From positions 61,443 through 125,442 of the IMG/VR virus record IMGVR_UViG_3300045988_115054: a DNA stretch of 64,000 bases. One strand, written 5' to 3'. The translations under genes were made by a program, and so were the position numbers. This document shows positions 8,599 to 18,454 of this stretch, in pieces. Each line of letters opens with the position of its first letter. Position 1 is the stretch's first letter. Below the pieces are notes generated by a model, which searched no databases, was not told the DNA's origin, and worked only from the letters and a program-made list of their open reading frames with translations. This stretch comes from a virus.

Positions 8599-9060
8599 AT
8601 GTACGAGTTTAAAGAACTGATCTTGCCTGAACATTTTAGACACGCCTCCTACGGTGGATTTTGTGTAAAACCTGGAATGTTTTATGGTGTAGAGAAAGAA
8701 ACTGGAAAATTAGTTGCCACAACGGGCTGGAACGTAAACGGATTAACAAATATTTATATCCAGCACGAACCAAAGATCCAATGGAACAATGATCTGTGGG
8801 AAGATCTTTACGATGACTACGGAAAACCTTTAATCACGATTGAAGAGAACGACTTGCAACGGATTAGTGATAAGGTTAAAGATTTTCAGAAAACGGCAAT
8901 GGATTTTGAAACATGGGCAGACGAAAACGGATATGATGATGAAAGCTGGGATGAAGATCAGATAGAATCAGCATACGATAGTTATTATTTTATGGGATAT
9001 CCTGAATTTGTGATCCAGCTTTTAAAAGAACATTGGGATTTAGAAAATTATGAAGAATAG
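8599..9060 (+). CDS. hypothetical acidic protein
   Basis: This is a 153-aa ORF with a CAGAAAGAAGGAAATT RBS. Confidence 0.5.
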   Translation: MYEFKELILPEHFRHASYGGFCVKPGMFYGVEKETGKLVATTGWNVNGLTNIYIQHEPKIQWNNDLWEDLYDDYGKPLITIEENDLQRISDKVKDFQKTAMDFETWADENGYDDESWDEDQIESAYDSYYFMGYPEFVIQLLKEHWDLENYEE

Positions 9061-9073
9061 GAAGGTGGAAAAT

Positions 9074-9403
9074 ATGAAGTCATATAAAGAATACGATAGA
9101 GAATTTATTGGGGATAGTGATATTGCGGCTTTAATTTTTGTAGGCACAACGAAAGACGGATTGAAGGCGAATATCTTAAATTTTGGTTGTGATGGAAGAT
9201 ATAATGCTTATATTGTGGATGAGAACGCAAAGATCGGAGATCACTATACATTAGAGATGGAGTTTGAAACGTCATCAGGATTTAAAGCATGGCTTAAGGT
9301 TTATGACGATGAAGGATTGACGGCAGATTATAGTGCAGACAAAATTAGAGTATATCGTGCTGGAGATTTTGGTTGTATTATCCAGCTTATCGGAAAGAAA
9401 TAA
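9074..9403 (+). CDS. hypothetical protein
   Basis: An AGGAAGGTGGAAAATATG RBS and start precede the ORF. The ORF-track start at 9050 lies upstream of this RBS. Confidence 0.5.
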   Translation: MKSYKEYDREFIGDSDIAALIFVGTTKDGLKANILNFGCDGRYNAYIVDENAKIGDHYTLEMEFETSSGFKAWLKVYDDEGLTADYSADKIRVYRAGDFGCIIQLIGKK

Positions 9404-9493
9404 TAACGGAAAATTTAATATAAGAACAAAGTACTCTAGGAAGATGCAGAAATGTATCTTCCTTTTTTAATGGAAAGATACGAGGTGGAAATT

Positions 9494-9931
9494 ATGAACA
9501 AATATAGAGATTATTATAGTGCAATTGTAGAAACAGAAAACGGATTAGATATTGATGTTTTGGAATTAGTTGATTGTGAGTTAGAACGACAGAAATATGG
9601 AGAACAACCAATCGTCGGAATGATTGCAAGTGATATTATCAATGAATTCAAAGAACATCAATTTACATGGCGTGACATCGTAGAGGTTCATGGAAAATAT
9701 TATGCAGAGGAGTTCCCGATTAGCGGTATCATGGATTGTTCTGACGCATATCAGATTGATGATTTTTTAGATGCTGTAGCTGAAAAATACAATGTTGATC
9801 TTAGAAAAGAACAAATTAAAACTTATGTGATGGATAATATTGACTTCAATCCTGAGGAAGTAGAATTCGAGGCAGAGGATTGTGGTTGCTATATTGATGG
9901 AAAACCTGAATGGTTTGATATAGAAGAATAG
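9494..9931 (+). CDS. hypothetical acidic protein
   Basis: A CGAGGTGGAAATTATG initiation block precedes the ORF. It encodes about 145 aa. Confidence 0.5.
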   Translation: MNKYRDYYSAIVETENGLDIDVLELVDCELERQKYGEQPIVGMIASDIINEFKEHQFTWRDIVEVHGKYYAEEFPISGIMDCSDAYQIDDFLDAVAEKYNVDLRKEQIKTYVMDNIDFNPEEVEFEAEDCGCYIDGKPEWFDIEE

Positions 9932-9942
9932 AGGTGGAAATT

Positions 9943-10113
9943 ATGGTATGGAATCATATTAAATTTGAAGATGGATCTAATCCATATATTTGTAAAACTG
10001 ATAAAGAGCTGGAAAGAATGAAACGGAAATATGACCTTGTGCAGCTTGACGGAAATTTTTGGTTAGCAAAAGATCATAAGGCAAAAGCAGACTTAGGTGG
10101 ATTAATGTTTTAA
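9943..10113 (+). CDS. hypothetical small protein (56 aa)
   Basis: An AGAGGTGGAAATTATGG initiation block opens an ORF that ends at TAA. It is below the ORF-track cutoff. Confidence 0.35.
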   Translation: MVWNHIKFEDGSNPYICKTDKELERMKRKYDLVQLDGNFWLAKDHKAKADLGGLMF

Positions 10114-10125
10114 AGATTAGGATGA

Positions 10126-10416
10126 ATGAATATGCAGACAGTAAAATTTGTAACAAAGGAAAATGATAAAGCAATATGTTGGTGTACGACAAATGATCTT
10201 GTCACATTCAGAGATTTTATGCAATACATTCTTGATAATACGAATAATCCACATGATTTTATGATTATTGATACCAAAAAAGATCTTGTCTATGACTTTT
10301 ATAGAGTTGCAACGGAACAGTATGGCATGAGAAAAAGAACTTTTGAAGAAAGAATGAATGGTGTTCAGACTGGAAAATGGAGTAAGTATACAAAAGAAGA
10401 ATTGAAAGCCTTATAG
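10126..10416 (+). CDS. hypothetical protein
   Basis: This is a 96-aa ORF with an AGGATGAATGAATATG start context. Confidence 0.45.
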   Translation: MNMQTVKFVTKENDKAICWCTTNDLVTFRDFMQYILDNTNNPHDFMIIDTKKDLVYDFYRVATEQYGMRKRTFEERMNGVQTGKWSKYTKEELKAL

Positions 10417-10446
10417 AAAGTTTTATTACAGATAGGAGTGGAAATT

Positions 10447-10722
10447 ATGAAAGAAAATTATATTGTAGTTACATCAGGCGGAACAGTACGTGCAACATTA
10501 ACAAGTAGAGTAGAAGAAATCTTAACTGAATTTAAGCCAAAAGGATGTCCGTTTGGAAATTATTCAATGTTAAATTTATTACAAGATTGGGTTGGTATGT
10601 ATTCATGGCAGTTGCCAAAGAATAAACCTATGTCAGTAGTTGAATGTATTGAACGATTGGATATGGATGGAACATCTATTTATAAAGAATCAATGATTCG
10701 ATTGATTGAAGCAGTAGCATAA
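10447..10722 (+). CDS. hypothetical protein
   Basis: A GATAGGAGTGGAAATTATG initiation block precedes the ORF. Confidence 0.45.
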   Translation: MKENYIVVTSGGTVRATLTSRVEEILTEFKPKGCPFGNYSMLNLLQDWVGMYSWQLPKNKPMSVVECIERLDMDGTSIYKESMIRLIEAVA

Positions 10723-10759
10723 AAGAAAAGTTTTATTACATGAATAGGAGTGACGAACA

Positions 10760-11296
10760 ATGGAAAATAAAACAAGATTAATTACTTTATCTGATAGTCC
10801 TGGAATGGATGGAGAGTTAGTTATTTTTAGAACAAACGCACCTGTGGAAAGATTGAAAGCGTTAGAAGTAGAAAGCTGTAAAGCATATACAAACAATACT
10901 GATATTCCAGTTTGGGCAGGTGTATTGGAAAAAGAAGGTTATATATGCGATATTGTAGATTCGCACAGTCATGTAACACCATATGAAACATCTTTTGTAT
11001 GGAAAACAAAGTGTTATCCTTATATTACAGAATGTTATGACATTGATAATGTTATAAGTCTTATTAACAGATCAGAAGAAGAGAGAATTGCAAATATTTT
11101 ATTTAATATGTCTTTAGATATGGATTATGATAGCTCTGTTGATGACTACAGAGAGGATATGGAAATGCTGACTAAAAGCATTGGAAATTTATCTATGATA
11201 GATGATCCTCTGTTCCATGTATTACAGAATATTGCAGACAACAACGCAGAAATGGAAAATAAGCTTGTCAATGCAGATGGATCTATTTGCAGATAG
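10760..11296 (+). CDS. hypothetical acidic protein
   Basis: This is a 178-aa ORF with an AATAGGAGTGA RBS. Confidence 0.5.
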   Translation: MENKTRLITLSDSPGMDGELVIFRTNAPVERLKALEVESCKAYTNNTDIPVWAGVLEKEGYICDIVDSHSHVTPYETSFVWKTKCYPYITECYDIDNVISLINRSEEERIANILFNMSLDMDYDSSVDDYREDMEMLTKSIGNLSMIDDPLFHVLQNIADNNAEMENKLVNADGSICR

Positions 11297-11308
11297 GAGA
11301 TGGAAACT

Positions 11309-11590
11309 ATGAATGATAAAAAATATGATACAGAAATGATGATGGCAATAAGATTTAAATATAGACAGTCGTCTCAAAATCTATCTGATTTAACCAAAAA
11401 GTTGGAAAATGTTAATTTGGAGTTAATGCAAGCAGAAAACTATACAAAAGAAATGTCATATAAACAGTATAAAAGATTAAAAGAAGAAGCAGAAGAATTA
11501 ACAGAAGCAATTCGTATTGAAACGATTGCCCGTAATGTTTGGGATGACGCAAGAGAAGTTTGCATGAATGTTGTTGATGATGAAAATTAA
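11309..11590 (+). CDS. hypothetical coiled-coil protein
   Basis: An AGGAGA RBS lies 8 nt upstream of an ATG. The ORF-track ATG at 11300 directly abuts the RBS. Confidence 0.45.
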   Translation: MNDKKYDTEMMMAIRFKYRQSSQNLSDLTKKLENVNLELMQAENYTKEMSYKQYKRLKEEAEELTEAIRIETIARNVWDDAREVCMNVVDDEN

Positions 11591-11639
11591 ATGTCAATTT
11601 TATTAAAATAATATTGTGTAAAAAGTGTGTAAAATATTA

Positions 11640-11667
11640 TTGACAGTGTGTAGATATTGTGTATAAT
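11640..11667 (+). promoter_or_regulatory. sigma70 promoter of hicAB (TTGACA-16-TATAAT)
   Basis: TTGACA is at 11640-11645 and TATAAT at 11662-11667. It is preceded by TGTGTAAAA direct repeats. Confidence 0.5.
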
Positions 11668-11692
11668 ATAAGTAAGTAAAGGAGACAATACA

Positions 11693-11866
11693 ATGAAGCA
11701 GAAAGATTTAATCAAGAAGCTCAAAGCAGGCGGATTTGTCTTTGACAGACATGGCGGTAACCATGATATCTACATCAAAGGAAACAAAGTTGAATCAGTT
11801 CCACGGCACAAGGAAGTTGATGAAAGACTTGCTAAAGAGATTCTAAGAAGGAACGGGCTGTTATAA
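11693..11866 (+). CDS. hicA: HicA-family mRNA interferase toxin (57 aa; not in ORF track)
   Basis: The translation is MKQKDLIKKLKAGGFVFDRHGGNHDIYIKGNKVESVPRHKEVDERLAKEILRRNGLL. It matches the HicA pattern GF...R..GSH.......V.VP.H. An AAGGAGA RBS is present. Confidence 0.7.
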   Translation: MKQKDLIKKLKAGGFVFDRHGGNHDIYIKGNKVESVPRHKEVDERLAKEILRRNGLL

Positions 11867-11924
11867 TACAGCCTGCCCTTGGAAAATCTTGTTTGCAATC
11901 ATATATAAGAATAGAGGTGAAAAT

Positions 11925-12359
11925 ATGAAAGCAGTATATCCTGTACTATTTACAAAAACCGATGACGGAAAATATTTAATTGAGGCACCAGATTTAAATG
12001 TATTAACGGAAGGAAAAGATATGTCGGATGCTATTAAAATGGCACGAGACGCAATGGAATTAACTTGTGTTTCTATGGAAGATAGAGAGGTGGAAATTCC
12101 TAAACCAACAAATATTACAGATATCGATATTGCGAAAAGCACATTTTTTGATGAAGGAGAAACTATTATTTCATTGGTTGATATTGATTCAACAGAATAT
12201 CGAAGAAAAATTGATACAAAATCTGTAAGAAGAAATGTTGCATTACCTAGTTGGTTAAATTATGAAGCAGAACATTCTGGAATTAATGTTTCTAAAGTGT
12301 TACAAGATGCACTTATTCAAGTATTGAATGTTACTGATAGACCAAATTATAATAAATAA
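11925..12359 (+). CDS. hicB: HicB-family antitoxin
   Basis: The N-terminus MKAVYPVLFTKTDDGKYLIEAPDLNVLTEGKDMSDAIKMARDAMEL matches the HicB N-domain. A GAGGTGAAAATATG RBS and start are present. The gene lies immediately downstream of hicA. Confidence 0.7.
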   Translation: MKAVYPVLFTKTDDGKYLIEAPDLNVLTEGKDMSDAIKMARDAMELTCVSMEDREVEIPKPTNITDIDIAKSTFFDEGETIISLVDIDSTEYRRKIDTKSVRRNVALPSWLNYEAEHSGINVSKVLQDALIQVLNVTDRPNYNK

Positions 12360-12436
12360 TATATATAAAAACGATTAATTTATTGTCAATAGGCACTTTT
12401 AATAGTGCCTATTTTTTAGCAAAGGAGAGTAAAATT

Positions 12437-12607
12437 ATGCCATTGGTTTTATTATTAATAATTATATTTATCGTTCCAGAGGATAGTTTGGAATATATGT
12501 TAGGAGCTATCTTAGGTGGTGGCTATGGAATTTTAATGGTTATAGCATTTGTTGCTATTCTGTATGGAATTTATAAGTTCTTTTCCGATCTTTGGAACGG
12601 AAGATAG
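12437..12607 (+). CDS. small two-TM membrane protein
   Basis: An AAAGGAGAG RBS precedes MPLVLLLIIIFIV... and a second hydrophobic helix. Confidence 0.4.
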   Translation: MPLVLLLIIIFIVPEDSLEYMLGAILGGGYGILMVIAFVAILYGIYKFFSDLWNGR

Positions 12608-12698
12608 AATGGAAAATATCATTTGATATGAATCATTCTGACACACCAGAAATTGACGAACTAGAATTAGAGTGAATACAAATTAATATAGGTAACTA

Positions 12699-12732
12699 GG
12701 ACACTTATGGAAAATTCCAGAGTGTCTTTTTT
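12699..12732 (+). terminator. rho-independent terminator
   Basis: The hairpin GACACT-tatggaaaattccag-AGTGTC is followed by a T6 run. Confidence 0.6.
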
Positions 12733-12768
12733 AATACAAATTTTTACATAAGAAAGGTGGAATTGATT

Positions 12769-14121
12769 ATGAATTTAAACGAAATGGAAATTCCTTGCGA
12801 TCCAATTTTGGATAAGGCAAAGAGAGATGAACTGGTGCAGAATACAGAACTTTTAAAACAAGTTACGATCAAGCCGATTCCGTGGCTCCCTGGACGAGAT
12901 TATATCACTACGGAACAGGTAGCACGATTTTTTGATGGAGATGTTGACGAGGTTAAGAGATTGTGTACGAAGTATCGCAAAGAGTTTTTAGACGATGGAA
13001 TGGAAGTTAAGACGGTGCAGGAGATCATTGATGGTCAGGACGCAGCAACGGAAAAACAGAAGGGAAGAATCATGGTAACGTATCCGAACGGATTAAATAT
13101 CTCATTCGGCTATAAAGGTGCTAAGGTGTTCACTCTTAAATGCTTAATCAGATTATCTTTACTGATGGAAACTTCAAACCTTGCTGAGAGCGTAAGATAT
13201 TATGTTTTTATCAACGATTATATCACGATAGAAGAACAGAGAGAACAAGAACAGGTAGAGGCAGGTGTGCAGCTTGTTGACACAACGGAAATTTTAGGCA
13301 GACGAATTGATCTGTATAGAAGTATTGAAGATCCGTTATTCCTTGCGAGAGATGTTGCAGAATGGATTGATTACAGTAAGAGAGATAATGGAAAATATAA
13401 GACAGACATGATGTTACAATCTGTTGATTCAGATGAAAAATTTAAGACTAAAATTCTGACTGCCAACAATCTTGGCACTCAGAATTTAGGTCAATTAGAC
13501 ACTGATGGAAAAACTAAAGTTCCATTTTGGTTTCTGACAGAAGATGGACTCTATGAAGTATGTATGCAGTCACGCAAACCGATTGCAAAGCAGATGAAGA
13601 AACAGATTAAAGAGTATCTTAGAAACATTCGTAAGACAGGTGGTGCAGTTGACTTTGGAAAAGAATCACAGTTCATTGAACATTACTTCCCGTCATTTTC
13701 TGAGGATGTCAAGCTTGCTATGGTAACTGATCTACGAACACAGAACAAAGAACTCAAAGAAGAGAATCAGAAACTACAGAACGATAACAAGTTATTAGCA
13801 GCGGAAATTTTGACGTGGGATGATCGCAATAAGATGAACGCTGGGATTAGGAAGTTGGCTGCGGTTACAGGGACACAATTCTCTGTTATGTGGAACGAGT
13901 TGTATAAGAACTTACAGTATAAATATCAGATTGATGTTAAGAAACGTGGAAAGAAACCATTTCTACAGTGGATTCAAGAACATGAATGGGATAAGGTACT
14001 GAAAGTCTTTTGTGCAATGTGTGAAGCTAGAAACCTATCTCCAACAGATATGTTCCAACAGACAGCACCAGTGGAAAATTTATATGATAATGAAGATGAG
14101 GATGATGAAGTATGGAATTAG
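12769..14121 (+). CDS. antirepressor-like protein (Bro-N-like segment, long C-terminal coiled-coil)
   Basis: The internal segment GLYEVCMQSRKPIAKQMKKQIKEYL resembles the conserved Bro-N/KilA-N C-terminal motif. A GAAAGGTGGAATTGATTATG RBS and start are present. Confidence 0.45.
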   Translation: MNLNEMEIPCDPILDKAKRDELVQNTELLKQVTIKPIPWLPGRDYITTEQVARFFDGDVDEVKRLCTKYRKEFLDDGMEVKTVQEIIDGQDAATEKQKGRIMVTYPNGLNISFGYKGAKVFTLKCLIRLSLLMETSNLAESVRYYVFINDYITIEEQREQEQVEAGVQLVDTTEILGRRIDLYRSIEDPLFLARDVAEWIDYSKRDNGKYKTDMMLQSVDSDEKFKTKILTANNLGTQNLGQLDTDGKTKVPFWFLTEDGLYEVCMQSRKPIAKQMKKQIKEYLRNIRKTGGAVDFGKESQFIEHYFPSFSEDVKLAMVTDLRTQNKELKEENQKLQNDNKLLAAEILTWDDRNKMNAGIRKLAAVTGTQFSVMWNELYKNLQYKYQIDVKKRGKKPFLQWIQEHEWDKVLKVFCAMCEARNLSPTDMFQQTAPVENLYDNEDEDDEVWN

Positions 14122-14357
14122 AACAGGTTGTTCATTTCTTTGAACAGTTCTGCGGAATATCTTTTGTGTTATATGTGATTGTTTTTCTAGCTTGGTTATC
14201 GCTAAGAAAAATTGATCGTGAACATAATAAGGTATATTTAAGCAAATATATAGACGTATTAGAGGAAATATTAGAAGCTATTATGAAGCCTATGAAAGCA
14301 ATTACGACATTATGGGTTATCGTAGCTTTCGGAATGCTTATTTATCAGCTGATTTAA
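14112..14357 (+). CDS. small membrane protein
   Basis: This is an 81-aa ORF with two hydrophobic helices. It overlaps the upstream stop. Confidence 0.4.
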   Translation: MELEQVVHFFEQFCGISFVLYVIVFLAWLSLRKIDREHNKVYLSKYIDVLEEILEAIMKPMKAITTLWVIVAFGMLIYQLI

Positions 14358-14377
14358 TTCCATATAATAATTTTGGC

Positions 14378-14408
14378 AAAGAACCGAACGGAAGGTTCTT
14401 TTTATTTT
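14378..14408 (+). terminator. rho-independent terminator
   Basis: The hairpin AAAGAACC-gaacggaa-GGTTCTTT is followed by TTATTTT. Confidence 0.6.
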
Positions 14409-14679
14409 ACGGAAATATTTGACAGGAACCGATTTGGCAGGTCGGTTCTTTGTCAAATTTATTATACACAAACTAATGATTAACTAAACATAGAATTGTT
14501 AATAGGTAAGGTGTTGATTACATAGAGAGCTAATAGGAATAGAATAGGTTTCTATTAGGATTGGCACACTAATAGTTGGAATTAAATGTTGATTTTATTT
14601 CTATTGGTTTACGGAATACAGTTATACAAAAATAATGAATGTAGAGAAAAATAAGACAGTTTAGAAAGGAAGATGAAGA

Positions 14680-15774
14680 ATGAACCTACAGTTAGTAAAA
14701 ACGGAAAATTTTAACGATATAGCGTGTGATTTTTATAGTGCTGAGGATCAGTTGTGGATGAGCAGACAACAGATTGGGCTTGCATTAGAATATAAAGATC
14801 CTAGAGTCGCCATTGCAAAAATTCACGATGCTAATAAAGAAAGACTAGATAGAGATTCAGTTGTTACCAAATTGGAAACAACTGATGGAAAATCTTATTC
14901 TAGTTATATCTATAATGAACGTGGCATTTATGAAATTTGTAGAAGAAGTAGACAACCCAAGGCTGATGCCTTTATGGATTGGGTATGGGATGTGATTGGA
15001 GCTTATCGTCATGGAAATTTAAGAACAGGAACTCCCGTAACAACAGTGGAGCAATTTCTTACAGAGCAGACAGAACTTATGAAGCAGATGGAAAGAAACA
15101 ACGAACGCCTGTATAAGGTTACTATCAATGGATTTAATCAGCTGGCAGATATTGTTAAAGAAATGAAAGCCGAGCGGAAAGAACTGTATAAGCAGATTTG
15201 TAAACCTACGAAAGATATTCCAGTAGTGGATACGGAAAGTGTTATCGCAGAATACAAACTTAATGAATGGAAGTCTAACGTCTATGGAGTCATTAATGAT
15301 ATTTTGAAAGAATCTGATGAGTTAGGAACTACCACGAGAGATATTCTTAGAGAAGCATATAACTATTTAACCAACACATATGGAATTGTGTGGGAACAGG
15401 ATCGGAAAGAATACAAAGAGAAATACAACATTAGTGAAAGAGGTAATGTACCAACGATTGATCTTTGCTATGACAAATATCCTGACCTACTGGTAAGTGT
15501 GCTGGAAAAACTTCTGCGACAGTTCCGCAAAGAAAACGCACAGCCTGATTGGGAAGAAATGAAGATCAAGATTACCAATTATGCTAATCATATTGGAAAT
15601 AGGTCTAAAGGTGGAACGTCTGTTTATCGTAAAATCTACACTAAGATGACAGAGAATGGGGTTAACTGGGATGAATATGCTCATGGGTTGTCTAAATCTC
15701 AGCTTATTAAAACTAATGCAACTTTGTACAACAGATTTTACGAAGCAGCGGTGGAAATTATTTCAGAAGAATAG
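14680..15774 (+). CDS. Bro-N domain phage antirepressor
   Basis: The N-terminus has the Bro-N pattern ...SRQQIGLALEY...TTDGKSYSSYIYNERGIYEICRRSRQPKADAFMDWVWDVIGAYRHG, i.e. GlY.l...Sr.p.A..F..WV...V.P..R. A GAAAGGAAG RBS is present. Confidence 0.65.
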   Translation: MNLQLVKTENFNDIACDFYSAEDQLWMSRQQIGLALEYKDPRVAIAKIHDANKERLDRDSVVTKLETTDGKSYSSYIYNERGIYEICRRSRQPKADAFMDWVWDVIGAYRHGNLRTGTPVTTVEQFLTEQTELMKQMERNNERLYKVTINGFNQLADIVKEMKAERKELYKQICKPTKDIPVVDTESVIAEYKLNEWKSNVYGVINDILKESDELGTTTRDILREAYNYLTNTYGIVWEQDRKEYKEKYNISERGNVPTIDLCYDKYPDLLVSVLEKLLRQFRKENAQPDWEEMKIKITNYANHIGNRSKGGTSVYRKIYTKMTENGVNWDEYAHGLSKSQLIKTNATLYNRFYEAAVEIISEE

Positions 15775-15823
15775 AGAGGTGTGATATAATTATGACACAA
15801 AACGAAAAAGGAGTTGTCTCAAA

Positions 15824-16093
15824 ATGAATAAATTGGAAAACCGAAAAGAAGAAGCTAAAGAATATAGGAAATTAGTTGATAAATGTTTAGCTTTAATGGA
15901 TAAATACGTTGGAGTAACATTTGGAATTCCTGTATGGGTAGATCGTGGCTCTCATACACTAGAGTTTAAAAAGAATGGAACTGATGAATGGAGACTCCTA
16001 ACAAAAGAAGAAGTGTCTAATATTATTGAAAAATATGAGATGTTAGATTCTGTAGCAGCAAAGATTACAAAAGAAACTAATATGGGATATTGA
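15824..16093 (+). CDS. hypothetical protein
   Basis: This is an 89-aa ORF with an AAAGGAG RBS. Confidence 0.45.
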   Translation: MNKLENRKEEAKEYRKLVDKCLALMDKYVGVTFGIPVWVDRGSHTLEFKKNGTDEWRLLTKEEVSNIIEKYEMLDSVAAKITKETNMGY

Positions 16094-16130
16094 AATGAAA
16101 CAAATATTTGATCGGAAGGAGTGATGAAAA

Positions 16131-16496
16131 ATGGAAATATTAACATTAAAGGGTATTGGAAAATCCAAATTGTTAACACGATTATTGATGCAATGTCCAC
16201 CAGAAAATTGTTTGACAGTCATATATAAAGAAAAAGATTCTTTTGTGAGTTGTGTTCCAGAAAACTATATTTTTACAGAAGCTGATAGCCTTGATGTGAT
16301 GGAAAAAGACATCACACAATATATTCAGGAAATGAAGCAGCTTAAATATGAACTCATTGATTATATTGTTGTTTATTCTAATGTAGAAACGGAAAAAGAT
16401 ATGAGAAAAGATGGAGTATACAGAAGACTGGAATCTTTGTTCAAAAAATTGTATAATTATAGTTATCCGACTTGTATTATAGCTTGTAAAGAATAA
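16131..16496 (+). CDS. hypothetical protein with a P-loop-like GIGKS motif
   Basis: A GGAAGGAG RBS is present. The N-terminus LKGIGKSKLL resembles a Walker A motif, but at 121 aa the protein is too short to call an ATPase. Confidence 0.4.
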   Translation: MEILTLKGIGKSKLLTRLLMQCPPENCLTVIYKEKDSFVSCVPENYIFTEADSLDVMEKDITQYIQEMKQLKYELIDYIVVYSNVETEKDMRKDGVYRRLESLFKKLYNYSYPTCIIACKE

Positions 16497-16519
16497 TTAA
16501 GTTAGAAAGGAATGAAAGA

Positions 16520-17236
16520 ATGGAAGATGTCAAAATTAATGAAATGATGGCAAGATTTATTACTTGTGTGTGTAATAAAGATTCAGATTTAATGAAGAAG
16601 GTTTTAGATCAGCAAAATAAAGATGGAACCTTCCCAGTGGAATTTAAGATTGGAAATGTAGAATTAGATTTTAAAGAATTTGTTAAAAGAATCAATGACG
16701 GAATTAGAGCAGAAAAATTATTATTTGCTGAACAAAAGTACAAAGAGACCATTGATAAGCTTAAAGAAGAAAACATGACAGTTCCAATGGATCAAAGCGG
16801 AAAATTAATTGATTTAGCAACGCTAATCACTTATACTGGCGGACGTTCAAAAGTAGTAGTCTATCTTGAAGATAGCGATTATAAAGTGCTTTGGGAGGGT
16901 GTTGTTGATACAATGCCATTCCCTAATGTGCCATATGGAAACTATATTGTAACACATGTTACTATTTTAGAAGATGAAGACATTATGAATATTACAGTCA
17001 CGCCACAAGATAAATATGGTTCTATGTGCGTTGAAGATTTAATCGTGTCAGCAGAATCAGTTGAAACTGGTGAAAGATTAATAGGATACGTTTGTGGGTG
17101 TGACGGATGCAAGACTGCGTTTGAAAATGAAGGATACGACCGTAGTCGACCTATTGGTTTATTAACACACCCTAATGAAGAGTATGGAAATGTAAGAGTT
17201 TATACTGATACAATGAGATTCGTTAACAAGACATAA
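16520..17236 (+). CDS. hypothetical protein
   Basis: This is a 238-aa ORF with a GAAAGGAATG RBS. Confidence 0.5.
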   Translation: MEDVKINEMMARFITCVCNKDSDLMKKVLDQQNKDGTFPVEFKIGNVELDFKEFVKRINDGIRAEKLLFAEQKYKETIDKLKEENMTVPMDQSGKLIDLATLITYTGGRSKVVVYLEDSDYKVLWEGVVDTMPFPNVPYGNYIVTHVTILEDEDIMNITVTPQDKYGSMCVEDLIVSAESVETGERLIGYVCGCDGCKTAFENEGYDRSRPIGLLTHPNEEYGNVRVYTDTMRFVNKT

Positions 17237-17251
17237 AAGAAAGAGGTATTT

Positions 17252-17626
17252 ATGAGTTATACGTGGAACAAAAACAAGAACAAATGGAGTTCATATGACT
17301 TTGAAACCATTGAAGAATGTGTCAAAGATGCAAAATATTGTGGCTGTAAAAAAGGAGACATGATTTACATTGGACGGGCAGAATATGTGCCAATCAAGGA
17401 GATGATAGATTTTCAGTCATTATTAGTGGAACTTCATAATGAAATGTATAAGAAAATAGGGATTCCTGCATACGATTGGAATGTTGATTATATGGATCAT
17501 AACAGAGGAAAATTTTTAGAATATGAAAATAAATTGCAGGAATTAGTAATAGATTATCTTAAAGAAATTGAAATGGAACCAAAGTTTTGCAAAATTCTTG
17601 AACCAAAAGAATTTATCATAAGATAA
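17252..17626 (+). CDS. hypothetical protein
   Basis: This is a 124-aa ORF with an AAGAAAGAGG RBS. Confidence 0.5.
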   Translation: MSYTWNKNKNKWSSYDFETIEECVKDAKYCGCKKGDMIYIGRAEYVPIKEMIDFQSLLVELHNEMYKKIGIPAYDWNVDYMDHNRGKFLEYENKLQELVIDYLKEIEMEPKFCKILEPKEFIIR

Positions 17627-17658
17627 AATGAAACTTTGATAGAAAGGAAGTTGGATAA

Positions 17659-18387
17659 ATGAGAGAAAATGCTAGGAAAGAAGGAGATTATATAATATCA
17701 GAAGATGCTCTTGGAACATCATATAAACACCCATCATTTGGAATGTTATCATTCAATCGTACTCATGGCGGGCATAGCAATTTATTTGGCAGTAGCATTC
17801 AGCATAACGATACAATCCATATGGTATTAAGGGAAGGTGTGGTTACAAGGGGACTCAATGATGATTGGTATGTTGGAGAAGATGAGATTCTGGAAGTAGA
17901 AATGTCACAATCACAATTTGCGGAATTAATTACTTCTATGAATGTTGGAACAGGTACTCCATGTACTATTAAATATTTACGTGGTAAAGGACGTATTAAC
18001 GAAGCGGATTTTATCAATAAAAGACAGCAGATAACAAATGAATTTAAAGAGTCTATGAACGAGCGTATGAGCGATGCAAAAGAATTTTATAATGAAGTCA
18101 AGGAGCTTTTTACTACGAAGAAATCTATTGGAAAAGGCGATCGAGAAATGATTTTGAAAAGACTTGCCAACGTGACTCAAGGTATGGAATCTAGTTCAAA
18201 ATTTATCTTTGATCAATTTCAAAATCAGATAGACAAAACAATTACAGAAGCTAAAGGAGAAATCGAGGCTTTTGCACAGAATAAAATTAATGCAATAGCC
18301 CAACAAGCTCTTGTAGAACAGAAAGAAGATATTTTAAAATTAGAGAATCCTGTTGATGTAAATCATATGGAACTTGATGAAGAATAA
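17659..18387 (+). CDS. hypothetical protein
   Basis: This is a 242-aa ORF with a GAAAGGAAG RBS. Confidence 0.5.
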   Translation: MRENARKEGDYIISEDALGTSYKHPSFGMLSFNRTHGGHSNLFGSSIQHNDTIHMVLREGVVTRGLNDDWYVGEDEILEVEMSQSQFAELITSMNVGTGTPCTIKYLRGKGRINEADFINKRQQITNEFKESMNERMSDAKEFYNEVKELFTTKKSIGKGDREMILKRLANVTQGMESSSKFIFDQFQNQIDKTITEAKGEIEAFAQNKINAIAQQALVEQKEDILKLENPVDVNHMELDEE

Positions 18388-18454
18388 AACGAAAATTTGA
18401 TAGGCGGTGGTACGAATGGTGGGTTTAAGAGATGGAATTATAGGGAGGTGCTAA

